A stretch of 41,659 nucleotides of DNA from a virus, in the UHGV virus genome UHGV-0225219, one strand, 5' to 3'. Positions within the stretch are counted from its first letter, which is position 1; each line of letters begins with the position of its first letter. Positions 8,590 to 17,080 of this stretch are shown in pieces. A program made the position numbers and the translations under genes. The notes below the pieces were generated by a model. That model saw nothing but the letters and a program-made list of their open reading frames with translations. It made no database searches and was not told where the DNA came from.

Positions 8590-9021
8590 GTGGCAGTCAC
8601 ATTTGACAATATTGGAAATGGAGAGCTTGCGGAGCAGTTCAAGTTTGCGTTGAAAGCGGTAGGTCAGAATATAATGGACCCAAACATGGACCCGGAAGCA
8701 TCCAGGGGTATAGATATCAGTCTTACCTTTAAGCCTAAAAAGTCTGGGGCAATCAGTGTGGATTATAAGGTCAAGCCCAAACTGGCCGGATTCCAGAAGT
8801 CTGAAACAGTGTTCTTAATTGGACAAGATGCCAGGACTGGCAGAATTGAGATGTCCGAGTATGGAAGCGACCGTCCCCAGGTAACATCTGTTGCAGCGGC
8901 GCCAGCTGCGGCCTATACAGAAGTACGGAAGCCGGCGCAGACATTTGACCCGGAAACGGGAGAAATTTACGAGGAACCCCGCAAAGGCCCGATTGATTTA
9001 AGGGCAGCGGCTAACCAATAA
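8590..9021 (+). CDS. Hypothetical protein (possibly ssDNA-binding accessory)
   Basis: 143-aa ORF with an AGGAAGGAGG RBS. Confidence 0.4.
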   Translation: MAVTFDNIGNGELAEQFKFALKAVGQNIMDPNMDPEASRGIDISLTFKPKKSGAISVDYKVKPKLAGFQKSETVFLIGQDARTGRIEMSEYGSDRPQVTSVAAAPAAAYTEVRKPAQTFDPETGEIYEEPRKGPIDLRAAANQ

Positions 9022-9042
9022 AAAGAAAAGGAGATAGGAAAG

Positions 9043-9795
9043 ATGATGGAAGGATTAAAAGCAGCATTGGAGCATGTGGAGGAGCTGGCACGGGAGAACG
9101 AAAAAACTGAGGTCATTGAGATATGTGGCAAGACTTATGCCAACAAGAGCCTGAAACGGTATGATGCACAGGAAATGGCAGATTCCATCACTGCCACAAC
9201 CCTGTCGTCACTTGTAGACTACATCGGCAGCTGTAGCCGGGAATTCCCGGATGGCGATATGATTATACATATCGTGAGCCCCACGAAGGTTAAGCTGATA
9301 TCTGAATTGGATACGGAGCGTAGGAGGGAGTGCCTGTTTGAGACTGAGGCTGAGACATCCGAGTATCGGTTTGACAAATGGTACGACCAGGAGAATTTCA
9401 TGATATCCCTGCAGGCAAACTTCCAGTACAGTACGGACCTGGAGGCAGTTATGAAACTGGCTGGGAATATTGAAAAGAAGAATGACCAGAGCTTTTCGGA
9501 TGACGGTCGGACACAGGTTGCTACTATGACTGTGGGAGTGGCAACAAAGGCGGCAGCCATCGTACCAAACCCGGTGGAGCTGATTCCTTATAGGACTTTC
9601 CAGGAGGTTGGTCAGCCAGCCAGTAAGTTTGTTTTCAGAATTGGTGAGAATAATGACATACCGATTTTTAAACTGATTGAGGCAGAAGGCGGAATCTGGA
9701 AGAACGAGGCAGTTTCGAATATCAAGAGATATTTGACAGATGCCTTGATGGATATGCCTAAGGCAATCAGCAGCCGAATTACAATCATCGGATAA
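9043..9795 (+). CDS. Hypothetical protein
   Basis: 250-aa ORF with a GGAGATAGG RBS. Confidence 0.4.
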   Translation: MMEGLKAALEHVEELARENEKTEVIEICGKTYANKSLKRYDAQEMADSITATTLSSLVDYIGSCSREFPDGDMIIHIVSPTKVKLISELDTERRRECLFETEAETSEYRFDKWYDQENFMISLQANFQYSTDLEAVMKLAGNIEKKNDQSFSDDGRTQVATMTVGVATKAAAIVPNPVELIPYRTFQEVGQPASKFVFRIGENNDIPIFKLIEAEGGIWKNEAVSNIKRYLTDALMDMPKAISSRITIIG

Positions 9796-9912
9796 TTCAG
9801 TGCTTTATCCTCCGGACAAATATAATATGTCACGGCATTAAATGCCGGAGGTATTTAAGGGGCGGCAAACCATTGCTTCCTGACCGCCGCCCCGTCCTTC
9901 AAAGGAGCGGTT

Positions 9913-10254
9913 ATGGGAAAATCACAGAGGGAAAAAGGCAAACGCGGTGAGCGGGAGCTGGCCGGGATATTAAAAGGGTATGGATATGCCTGCCGTAGAG
10001 GGCAGCAGTTCTGTGGGGCAGACGGCTCCGCGGATGTGGTGGGGCTTCCAGGGATGCATATTGAATGTAAACGGGTGGAACGGCTCAATATCCTGGATGC
10101 CGTGGAGCAGTCAGTAAGGGATGCGCGGGAAGGTGAGCTTCCAGTAGTGTTCCACCGTAGGGACCGCTCGGAGTGGCTGGCAACCATGCGACTGGAGGAC
10201 TGGATACAGATTTTCCGGGAATGGGAAGCCGGCCGGGAGGTCGAAAGGAAGTAG
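9913..10254 (+). CDS. Small PD-(D/E)xK nuclease, Holliday-junction-resolvase-like (Hjc/VRR-NUC type)
   Basis: 113 aa. …GKRGERELAGIL…ADVVG…HIECK… gives an E…D…ExK arrangement. Confidence 0.45.
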   Translation: MGKSQREKGKRGERELAGILKGYGYACRRGQQFCGADGSADVVGLPGMHIECKRVERLNILDAVEQSVRDAREGELPVVFHRRDRSEWLATMRLEDWIQIFREWEAGREVERK

Positions 10255-10265
10255 GTGATTGGCAG

Positions 10266-11129
10266 ATGCCGAGGCCCCAGAAAGCGGGTATTGACTACTT
10301 TCCTTTAGATGTTAATTTTTTTGCGGATAAGAAGGTTAAGATATTAAAGGCCCGGTATGGGGCGGATGGAATAGCAATATACTTATACCTTCTTTGTGAG
10401 ATTTACCGGGCAGGCTATTATATCAAGTTTGATGATGATGCGTTGTTTATCACGTCAGATGATTTAGGCATGAGCCCGGACAAGGTGAAGCAGGTCTTGA
10501 AATTCTTATTGGAACGGTCACTGTTTAATGACACACTTTTTCAGTCGGACACTATCTTGACCTCTGCCGGGATACAGAAAAGGTTCCAATTGGCCGTAAA
10601 GGAACGGGCCAAAAAGAACCCCATTGAAATAAAGGGTTTCTGGCTTTTGGATGAAGCGGAGACGGAATCCTTTATTAAAGTGAACCCATCTTTAAATTTT
10701 TCCAGGAAAAACGATAGTAATTCCAGGAAAAACCCGGATAAATCTCAGGAAGAATCCCTAAAGGAAAGTAAAGTAAAGAAAAGTAAAGTAAAGAAAAGTA
10801 AAGTAAATATATCATGCACACAGCCGGATAAACCGTCTGATGCGCTACAGGTTATTTCTTTTACACTAAATGATAAGACTGAATACCCTGTTTATGACAA
10901 GGACTATGCGGAATGGGTGGAACTGTATCCAGCAGTGGACATCATGCAGGAGCTGAGGAAGATGAAGGGATGGCTTGACAGCAATCCGACGAGACGCAAG
11001 ACTGTCAAGGGGATACGCCGATTCATCAACAACTGGCTGTCAAAGGCCCAGGATAGTCCCCATGTCCAGAAAAGCCAGACATCCCAGGAGAGAATACAAA
11101 ACAGGGTAAGTGATGTAGATAACTGGTAG
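10266..11129 (+). CDS. Phage replisome organizer / DnaD-like replication initiation protein
   Basis: The N-terminus (…GIDYFPLDVNFFADKKVKILKARYGADGIAIYLYLLCEIY…) matches the phage replisome-organizer N-terminal domain. The gene contains internal iteron-like repeats. The start is taken at ATG 10266 because the track ORF overlaps the upstream gene. Confidence 0.65.
   Translation: MPRPQKAGIDYFPLDVNFFADKKVKILKARYGADGIAIYLYLLCEIYRAGYYIKFDDDALFITSDDLGMSPDKVKQVLKFLLERSLFNDTLFQSDTILTSAGIQKRFQLAVKERAKKNPIEIKGFWLLDEAETESFIKVNPSLNFSRKNDSNSRKNPDKSQEESLKESKVKKSKVKKSKVNISCTQPDKPSDALQVISFTLNDKTEYPVYDKDYAEWVELYPAVDIMQELRKMKGWLDSNPTRRKTVKGIRRFINNWLSKAQDSPHVQKSQTSQERIQNRVSDVDNW
10699..10808. repeat. Iteron-like direct repeats inside the replication gene (candidate ori)
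   Basis: TTCCAGGAAAAAC occurs twice (10699-10711 and 10721-10733). A 15-bp unit AAAAGTAAAGTAAAG is repeated three times in tandem at 10764-10808, coding KSKVK repeats. Confidence 0.5.
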
Positions 11130-11138
11130 GAGAAGAGG

Positions 11139-11720
11139 ATGGAACGAGAAGAATTTAAAACGATAGTGAAAGGATTAAAGGCGGTATATGCACAACCTGC
11201 CTTCATACCAGATGCGGATGCGTTTGATGTCTGGTATGGGATGCTCCGGGATTTGCCATACCGGCAGGCCAGCCTGGCAGTACAACAGCATATGGCAAGC
11301 AGTCCGTATCCCCCAACCATATCAGACATCCGCAGGTTGTGTGCAGGGGAGACAGAGGTACTGAGCATGGACGATGCCTGGGGAATGGTGCTAAGGGCCA
11401 TACGAACTTATGGGTACATGCGTGAGTCGCAGGCACTGAATAGCCTTCCGGAGCCATGCAGGAGCGTGGTGAGGAATATGGGGTGGCAGAATCTGTGCCA
11501 GAGTGAGAATATCATGGCGGAACGGGCATTTTTCCGGGATTCGTACAAGCCAAAATTGGAGAAGATACGGCAGGGAGAAGTGATACCTGCAGGAATAAAG
11601 GAAAGCGGCGGACGGTTAGAGCAACGCATAGGTGAGGTTGCCAGTGGTCTTACGTTAGGCGGTGATAAGGATGGAGATACAGGAGCAGGAGGCTGCGATA
11701 CTGGCAAGATACAGGGTTAA
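11139..11720 (+). CDS. Replication-module protein, putative helicase loader/inhibitor-like (G39P-like)
   Basis: 193 aa. …DAFDVWYGMLRDLPYRQASLAVQQHM…PPTISDIRRL… lies directly after the replisome organizer. Confidence 0.4.
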   Translation: MEREEFKTIVKGLKAVYAQPAFIPDADAFDVWYGMLRDLPYRQASLAVQQHMASSPYPPTISDIRRLCAGETEVLSMDDAWGMVLRAIRTYGYMRESQALNSLPEPCRSVVRNMGWQNLCQSENIMAERAFFRDSYKPKLEKIRQGEVIPAGIKESGGRLEQRIGEVASGLTLGGDKDGDTGAGGCDTGKIQG

Positions 11721-11955
11721 TACTGGGAAAGATGGATACCACGCCATCCCTATGAACAGGGACGAAGTCCTTGCCCGGAGGGCGTATATGAGGGCAATAC
11801 TCCGTGTAAGCTTCCTCTGGTGCAAGATGAACAATGAGCAGCTTGATAACATGCGCCTGTATAAGATGGGGGATGATTATATCGTGGAGGATACTGAAAT
11901 GCGGGACTACATTCTGATAATAGACAAGAAACCAGGGCCGCATGTAACTGGTTAG
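11671..11955 (+). CDS. Hypothetical protein
   Basis: ORF after a weak RBS. Its start is uncertain because of overlap with the upstream gene. Confidence 0.35.
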   Translation: MEIQEQEAAILARYRVNTGKDGYHAIPMNRDEVLARRAYMRAILRVSFLWCKMNNEQLDNMRLYKMGDDYIVEDTEMRDYILIIDKKPGPHVTG

Positions 11956-11986
11956 AAATATATGAAACCAAAGGGAAGGAGGAGCC

Positions 11987-13108
11987 ATGGAAGAATTAAC
12001 AACCAGCACGCAGGAGACAGAACCGACACAATCAACATCAGCACGGAAATGGTATGAGGGAGTCAGCCTGGAAGATGCAGAAATTTACATACGTGCTAAT
12101 CTTAAGTCAGCGGCCAGGAGTGTTATTGCAATAGGCTATTACCTCAAATGCGTTTATACAAAAGAGCTATATCAAGAGGCCGGATTTAAAGATGTATATG
12201 AATATGCAAAGGACCGGTTCGGATTCAGCACTTCCACAACATCCCGGTATATGTCACGCAATGACAAGTTTTCCGTGGATGGGAATAGCCCAATCCTGGA
12301 CGAAAAATACAAGGATTTTAACAAGTCTCAGCTCCAGGAAATGTTAAGCCTGGATGCGGAGCAGCTTGAACAGGTCACCCCTGATATGACTGTGGTACAA
12401 ATCAGGGAAATGAGAAAGCCCAAAGAGATACCGTATATTGAGATGCCTGGCCAGATTGAACTGACGGATTTCCCCGGCGTGGATCCGAAAGATGTGGCCG
12501 CATCGGTTCAGGCCAGGGCAGAGATGCAATCCAGTCAGCCAGAGAAGCAAACCTATACGATATCTGCGGAGGACCTCTTGCCAGAGCCAGCACAACCGGA
12601 GCGGGAACAACCCGTTGCGATATCGCAACAAGAAAAACCGATACCAGAATCACAGTCAGAAGTATCACAGGAAACGGAAAGGGCTGAGGAGGGCAGCGGT
12701 TTACCGAAAGAACCAGAGAAGTCCGGGAAGTGTATTCACAGGCCAGAATTTAAATGTACCCTGGAGGAGGTATATAAACTTACCCCTGGTACAGGTGAGG
12801 ATTGCGGCTGTAAATGTTGTTGGGAGTGTGTCAAGCATGGGAATTGTGAGTGGGAGTGCAACAGCTCGTTACATAGGCCGGAGGAACCTAAAGAGGCCAA
12901 GGACTATGGAACCCTGGAGACTTACGATAAAGCTATGTTGCAAAGCATGATAAAAGCTGAACAGGAGCAGCTGGACCGGATGGGGCCGGCCTGGATAGAA
13001 AAACAGCCGTATTATTACACCAAACATATGATGGCGCTGGAAGCATATAAGATGCTATATGCAGCGCACGAAGGGGGAGATATTGGAATTGAACAGAGTG
13101 GAGATTGA
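11987..13108 (+). CDS. HTH DNA-binding protein with acidic linker and Cys/His-rich C-terminal domain
   Basis: 373 aa. N-terminal HTH-like region (…YEYAKDRFGFSTSTTSRYMSRN…), an E/P/Q-rich linker, and C-terminal CxHx…CGCKCCWECVKHGNCEWEC. Palindrome copy 2 lies inside the linker-coding region. Confidence 0.55.
   Translation: MEELTTSTQETEPTQSTSARKWYEGVSLEDAEIYIRANLKSAARSVIAIGYYLKCVYTKELYQEAGFKDVYEYAKDRFGFSTSTTSRYMSRNDKFSVDGNSPILDEKYKDFNKSQLQEMLSLDAEQLEQVTPDMTVVQIREMRKPKEIPYIEMPGQIELTDFPGVDPKDVAASVQARAEMQSSQPEKQTYTISAEDLLPEPAQPEREQPVAISQQEKPIPESQSEVSQETERAEEGSGLPKEPEKSGKCIHRPEFKCTLEEVYKLTPGTGEDCGCKCCWECVKHGNCEWECNSSLHRPEEPKEAKDYGTLETYDKAMLQSMIKAEQEQLDRMGPAWIEKQPYYYTKHMMALEAYKMLYAAHEGGDIGIEQSGD
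12614..12629. repeat. Palindrome copy 2, GTTGCGATATCGCAAC (perfect 16 bp)
   Basis: Read directly. It lies within CDS 11987-13108 and codes PVAISQQ. Confidence 0.9.
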
Positions 13109-13661
13109 TGTAGACAAGCTTATTTTGATGATACAGGCTAAAGGTATGACCATGGAGAAGTTTGGTTACTCCATAGGACGTTCCAGAAATTATATATGCA
13201 GTCTGCGGAAAAACAATATGGTACCGGAGCCGGTCCGGGACCTGATATGTGAAAAACTAGAGATAGAGCCAGAAAGAATCGAAAAGACCCAGATTACATC
13301 CGGAGGGGAAGTGAAGATACTTGAAAACATCTTTAAGGAGCTTCAATCCATCAAGACTCAAATATCAGAATTGGCAGATTCGCAGCAGGCCATATACAAT
13401 AAGCTCCAGGCCAATACAGTGCAGACAGCCAGGATTAAGGATGTAGTGGACGGACTTGGCCAGACAGAATATGACCGGGCAGAATCGTTCCTACGTGAAG
13501 TCCTGAAAGGTGGCCAGGTAAGTGCGGTTGAGCTTATGCAGCGGGCGGATGATGATGGGATTAAACGGTCTGAGCTCATGAAAGCCAAGGCTAAGATGGA
13601 TGTAAAAATATATGCAACTGGATACGGAAAGAACCAGAAAATATGGTGGAGTTTAAAGTGA
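13083..13661 (+). CDS. XRE-like HTH protein
   Basis: AAGGGGGAG RBS then TTG at 13083. N-terminal …LILMIQAKGMTMEKFGYSIGRSRNYICSL… forms an HTH. The C-terminal half is coiled-coil. Confidence 0.45.
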   Translation: MELNRVEIDVDKLILMIQAKGMTMEKFGYSIGRSRNYICSLRKNNMVPEPVRDLICEKLEIEPERIEKTQITSGGEVKILENIFKELQSIKTQISELADSQQAIYNKLQANTVQTARIKDVVDGLGQTEYDRAESFLREVLKGGQVSAVELMQRADDDGIKRSELMKAKAKMDVKIYATGYGKNQKIWWSLK

Positions 13662-13671
13662 GGATGAGCTT

Positions 13672-14145
13672 ATGGAAAGATTAACACATGAGGCTGACGT
13701 TGGTGTCGAAGATTGGGAGCAGATATTATATAGAGTTCCAGCAGATCCGGAGGGAGCCTACAATATTTTTGATATCGCTGAGAGGTGGGTGCACTATGAT
13801 GATGCAGACTGCGGATGTATCTTACAAGATATAACCAGAAAATTAAGGGATTATGAAAATATTGCTCCCAAAGTAGACGAGCTTTATCTCAAAAAATGCC
13901 AGGAAGTATCAGAACTAACGAAACGTATGAGATGGATTCCGGTCAAAGAGCGGCTTCCAAAGAAACCGGAAGAGAATCCAATATATGATAACAAGCCACT
14001 GGAGATATATTTAGTGTCTGTCAAAAATACAGACTGTGTGATTAGGGCATTTTGGAACGGAGTAACATTTACTGATGGGTGGGAGAAACTGGACGTGCTG
14101 GCCTGGATGCCATTGCCAGAGCCATATAAGGAGGCAGAAGTATGA
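13672..14145 (+). CDS. DUF551-domain phage protein
   Basis: C-terminal …VIRAFWNGVTFTDGWEKLDVLAWMPLPEPY… is typical of DUF551. Confidence 0.6.
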   Translation: MERLTHEADVGVEDWEQILYRVPADPEGAYNIFDIAERWVHYDDADCGCILQDITRKLRDYENIAPKVDELYLKKCQEVSELTKRMRWIPVKERLPKKPEENPIYDNKPLEIYLVSVKNTDCVIRAFWNGVTFTDGWEKLDVLAWMPLPEPYKEAEV

Positions 14146-14408
14146 TTGACAGACAGGGAGCAATAGCGATACTGCAAGAACGCATTAATACATACCGCTA
14201 CCAAACTACAGATAAGGGATGGGCGCAAATGGTACGAATGGGAATTGTCGGAAACACGATACCTGACAAGATAGACTTTATAGCAGAGGCAGAAAGACAG
14301 ATACAGGCTTACGAGATGGCTATTAAAGCGCTGGAGAGCGGTAAAACGGAGGAGTTGATGGACCGGTGTCACCTGGGAAGCCCTTGCCCATATCAGATGC
14401 CCGTGTAA
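14142..14408 (+). CDS. Hypothetical protein
   Basis: 88-aa ORF that overlaps the upstream gene by 4 nt. Confidence 0.4.
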   Translation: MIDRQGAIAILQERINTYRYQTTDKGWAQMVRMGIVGNTIPDKIDFIAEAERQIQAYEMAIKALESGKTEELMDRCHLGSPCPYQMPV

Positions 14409-14653
14409 TGCTTATAACGCAGCAGCGCATACCGGTACCTGATTCGCAGGACCGTGACTGCGTAAAGATAGCTGGCATGGCTCTGGTGTATGCACAACCA
14501 GTAAGACCAGCAGCGGATGTGCCTATGGAGAGATAATGGAGGGCCATACGGCCAGGGGTTCCGGTCTGGCGCACATCCACTATATCGTTATTTAAGTGAT
14601 TAAGGAGGGAGGCCGGGCTATCCGGATGAAAGCTGCAGCGGCCCCTTGAACGC

Positions 14654-15388
14654 ATGGAATTATTTTTAGGAGATTGCCTGGACATTCTTCCGGGCATACA
14701 AGATAAATCCATAGATATGATTTTTACAGATTTACCCTATGGGACAACCCGCAATGGCTGGGATTGCATGATTGACCTAAAACGCTTATGGGAACATTAC
14801 GGCCGGATTATTAAAGACAACGGGTGTATAGCTCTTTGGGCACAGTCCCCATTTGATAAGGTGCTGGCCTGCAGTAACCTGAAAATGTACAGGTATGAAT
14901 GGATTATTGAAAAAACAAAGGGTACTGGACATCTGAATGCTGCTAAAATGCCGATGAAGTGCCATGAAAATGTACTGATATTTTATAAGCACCTACCCAC
15001 TTATAATCCGCAGATAACAACCGGACATAGTCCAGTACACAGCTATACCAAGCATGTAAGCGATGGCAGCAATTATGGTAAGACACGAACTGGCATATCA
15101 GGAGGAGGGAGCACGGAGCGTTATCCTCGCGATGTTTTGCGGTTTAAATGGGATACACAGCGTGAGAGGCTGCATCCGACCCAAAAACCATTAGAGGCAT
15201 GTAAGTATTTTATCCGCACATACACCAATTCTGGGGATACGGTTTTAGATAGCTGCATGGGGAGCAATACAACAGGTGTGGCCTGCCAGGAGCTGGGCCG
15301 GGAGTACATAGGGATAGAAAAAGATACTGTAAACTATCGCATTGCCCTTGATAGGGTAGATTTCAAATTTGACGGAGGTGCGTCATGA
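14654..15388 (+). CDS. Orphan DNA N6-adenine/N4-cytosine methyltransferase (beta-class, DPPY-type)
   Basis: …IDMIFTDLPYGTT… is motif IV (D/S-PPY-like). …HPTQKPLEACKYFIRTYTNSGDTVLDSCMGSNTTGVACQELGREYIGIE… is the AdoMet-binding motif I region. No restriction-endonuclease partner is adjacent. Confidence 0.8.
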   Translation: MELFLGDCLDILPGIQDKSIDMIFTDLPYGTTRNGWDCMIDLKRLWEHYGRIIKDNGCIALWAQSPFDKVLACSNLKMYRYEWIIEKTKGTGHLNAAKMPMKCHENVLIFYKHLPTYNPQITTGHSPVHSYTKHVSDGSNYGKTRTGISGGGSTERYPRDVLRFKWDTQRERLHPTQKPLEACKYFIRTYTNSGDTVLDSCMGSNTTGVACQELGREYIGIEKDTVNYRIALDRVDFKFDGGAS

Positions 15389-15570
15389 AAAATGCAGGAA
15401 TCAGATGCGGCAATTTTGTATGCCAAGAACTTAATAAGAACGGAGAGTGCACAATAGAAGGACCGCAAGGGAAACCTTGTGTTATGGACTGTTCATATCA
15501 TTCAGATTGCACAGTGTGCAAGGCAAATTGCGAAGAAATCGTAACAGAAGATGGATTTATCATGAAATGA
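15385..15570 (+). CDS. Small Cys-rich protein
   Basis: 61 aa with nine Cys (CGNFVC…CTIEG…CVMDC…CTVCKANC). Confidence 0.4.
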   Translation: MKNAGIRCGNFVCQELNKNGECTIEGPQGKPCVMDCSYHSDCTVCKANCEEIVTEDGFIMK

Positions 15571-15605
15571 TTTAAATTAACATTTGATAGAGAAGGAGGT
15601 ACAAG

Positions 15606-16070
15606 ATGGCATATGCTGAAAAAACTACGGTATCCGTGGCACGGACGAAGGCAAATATAGAAGAGCTTGTTCAAACACACGGAGCAGAACAGTTTGTGAG
15701 CGGATACAAAGCTAATATGGCGGTTATCGGATTTACAATGTCCGGGCGGCAGATTCGATTTCTGCTTCCTCTCCCAGACAAGTCGGCGAAAGAATTTTGG
15801 TATACTCCGGGCCGAGGGCAACGCCGGGCGGATGATGCGGCGCATACTGCATGGGAGCAAGCCTGCCGAAGCCGTTGGAGGGCACTGTATTTAATTGTCA
15901 AGGCTAAGCTGGAGGCGGTGGAGGCTGGTATCAGCACGGTGGAGCGGGAGTTTTTGTACGATATTGTATTGCCAGATGGACGGACGGCTGGAGAATGGAT
16001 TGCACCGCAGATTGAGATGGCATACCAGACGGGGCAGATGCCAGCAATGCTGCCGATGTTGGAAAATTAA
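15606..16070 (+). CDS. Hypothetical protein
   Basis: 154-aa ORF with a GAAGGAGG RBS. Confidence 0.45.
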   Translation: MAYAEKTTVSVARTKANIEELVQTHGAEQFVSGYKANMAVIGFTMSGRQIRFLLPLPDKSAKEFWYTPGRGQRRADDAAHTAWEQACRSRWRALYLIVKAKLEAVEAGISTVEREFLYDIVLPDGRTAGEWIAPQIEMAYQTGQMPAMLPMLEN

Positions 16071-16088
16071 GGTTTTAAGGAGAAAGGA

Positions 16089-16253
16089 ATGGCAAAGTGC
16101 AGTAAACAAACAGAGGATATGTGTCTATGTAGAGATTGTGCAGTTATAAACTGCGAACGGTATAACTGCCGTGAGTGCGAGACGATCACGCACGAAAGAA
16201 TCCATGAAGTATTTTTCTGCAACAGTTTCCGCGAGCAGGATAGTAGCAGATAA
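16089..16253 (+). CDS. Small Cys-rich protein (below the ORF-track size cut-off)
   Basis: AGGAGAAAGG RBS then ATG. 54 aa: MAKCSKQTEDMCLCRDCAVINCERYNCRECETITHERIHEVFFCNSF…. Confidence 0.35.
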   Translation: MAKCSKQTEDMCLCRDCAVINCERYNCRECETITHERIHEVFFCNSFREQDSSR

Positions 16254-16459
16254 AATTAATATTTACTAAACGGAGGAACTGGCAGTGGATAAGATATTAA
16301 AAACATGCTGGTGGTACATAGTGCTTGCTTTAGTATGGCAAGGTTTGGAGCTATTAATATACCACCAGATACAGCCGAGGGTAGTTGACGACATTATGGG
16401 ACTTTTGTATTTGCCCTTTATCTACAGGGCAGTAGATTAGGATTTGTGAGGTGAAACAG

Positions 16460-16627
16460 ATGTGTACAAAAATATGTGACTGCAATAATTGTTTTAAAAA
16501 TAAGACTTGTACGTCTTGCGTTTTACAGTCGGAGGTTATATCAAAGAAAGAAATCGACTGCCAAAGAGACGGGATACAGGGATGTCCGTATAAGGTAAAA
16601 TTTCCACACAAAAATAAGGAAAACTGA
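16460..16627 (+). CDS. Small Cys-rich protein (below cut-off)
   Basis: 55 aa: MCTKICDCNNCFKNKTCTSCVLQ…CQRDGIQGCPYK…. Confidence 0.3.
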   Translation: MCTKICDCNNCFKNKTCTSCVLQSEVISKKEIDCQRDGIQGCPYKVKFPHKNKEN

Positions 16628-16657
16628 CATTTGTGTGATTTTGAAAGGACAAGAAGG

Positions 16658-16807
16658 ATGGCTAAAATAAAGCTTGAAATGGAACATGGCATTATGTATG
16701 AGTGTCCTAACTGTGCCGGCAAGGTTGAGATGGGGCAAGACTATTGTCAAGATTGTGGAGAACCACTGGAATGGGTGGAGGATGTTTATGATAAAGAAAG
16801 GCAGTAA
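16658..16807 (+). CDS. Zinc-ribbon mini-protein (below cut-off)
   Basis: AAGGACAAGAAGG RBS then ATG. 49 aa with CPNC…CQDC. Confidence 0.35.
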   Translation: MAKIKLEMEHGIMYECPNCAGKVEMGQDYCQDCGEPLEWVEDVYDKERQ

Positions 16808-17006
16808 GCAGTCCAAGGTCAGCCGCATCGACCGCAGCAAGGCCCTGGCCGCTCAGGCCGACGAGGCCATCAAGGAGCGCATCCGGACGGCGCCGGCCTA
16901 CATGTACACCAGCCTGTGCCCGGTTCCGGAGCTGCGGGAGCCGCCGAAGGGAGTGATATGGTACTATGAGACAATGTTACATAGACAACGGGCGTCACGG
17001 GTGTGA
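16788..17006 (+). CDS. Small protein encoded by a GC-rich patch with near-100% GC3
   Basis: 72 aa (MIKKGSKQSKVSRIDRSKALAAQADEAIKERIRTAPAYMYTSLCPVPELREPPKG…). Its codon usage is sharply different from the rest of the phage. Confidence 0.35.
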   Translation: MIKKGSKQSKVSRIDRSKALAAQADEAIKERIRTAPAYMYTSLCPVPELREPPKGVIWYYETMLHRQRASRV

Positions 17007-17080
17007 TGGTCAGCGCAACAACAAGGGCAGGATACGGTACGGGTGCTGGGCGTGTCCGCATCTGGATGCAGGAGGAGGTG

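Noticed and set aside
10764-10808. Tandem 15-bp repeats that might be mistaken for a CRISPR array or minisatellite
   Set aside because: The units are contiguous with no spacers. They lie in-frame inside the replication gene and encode KSKVK repeats. They are more consistent with iterons or a low-complexity linker.
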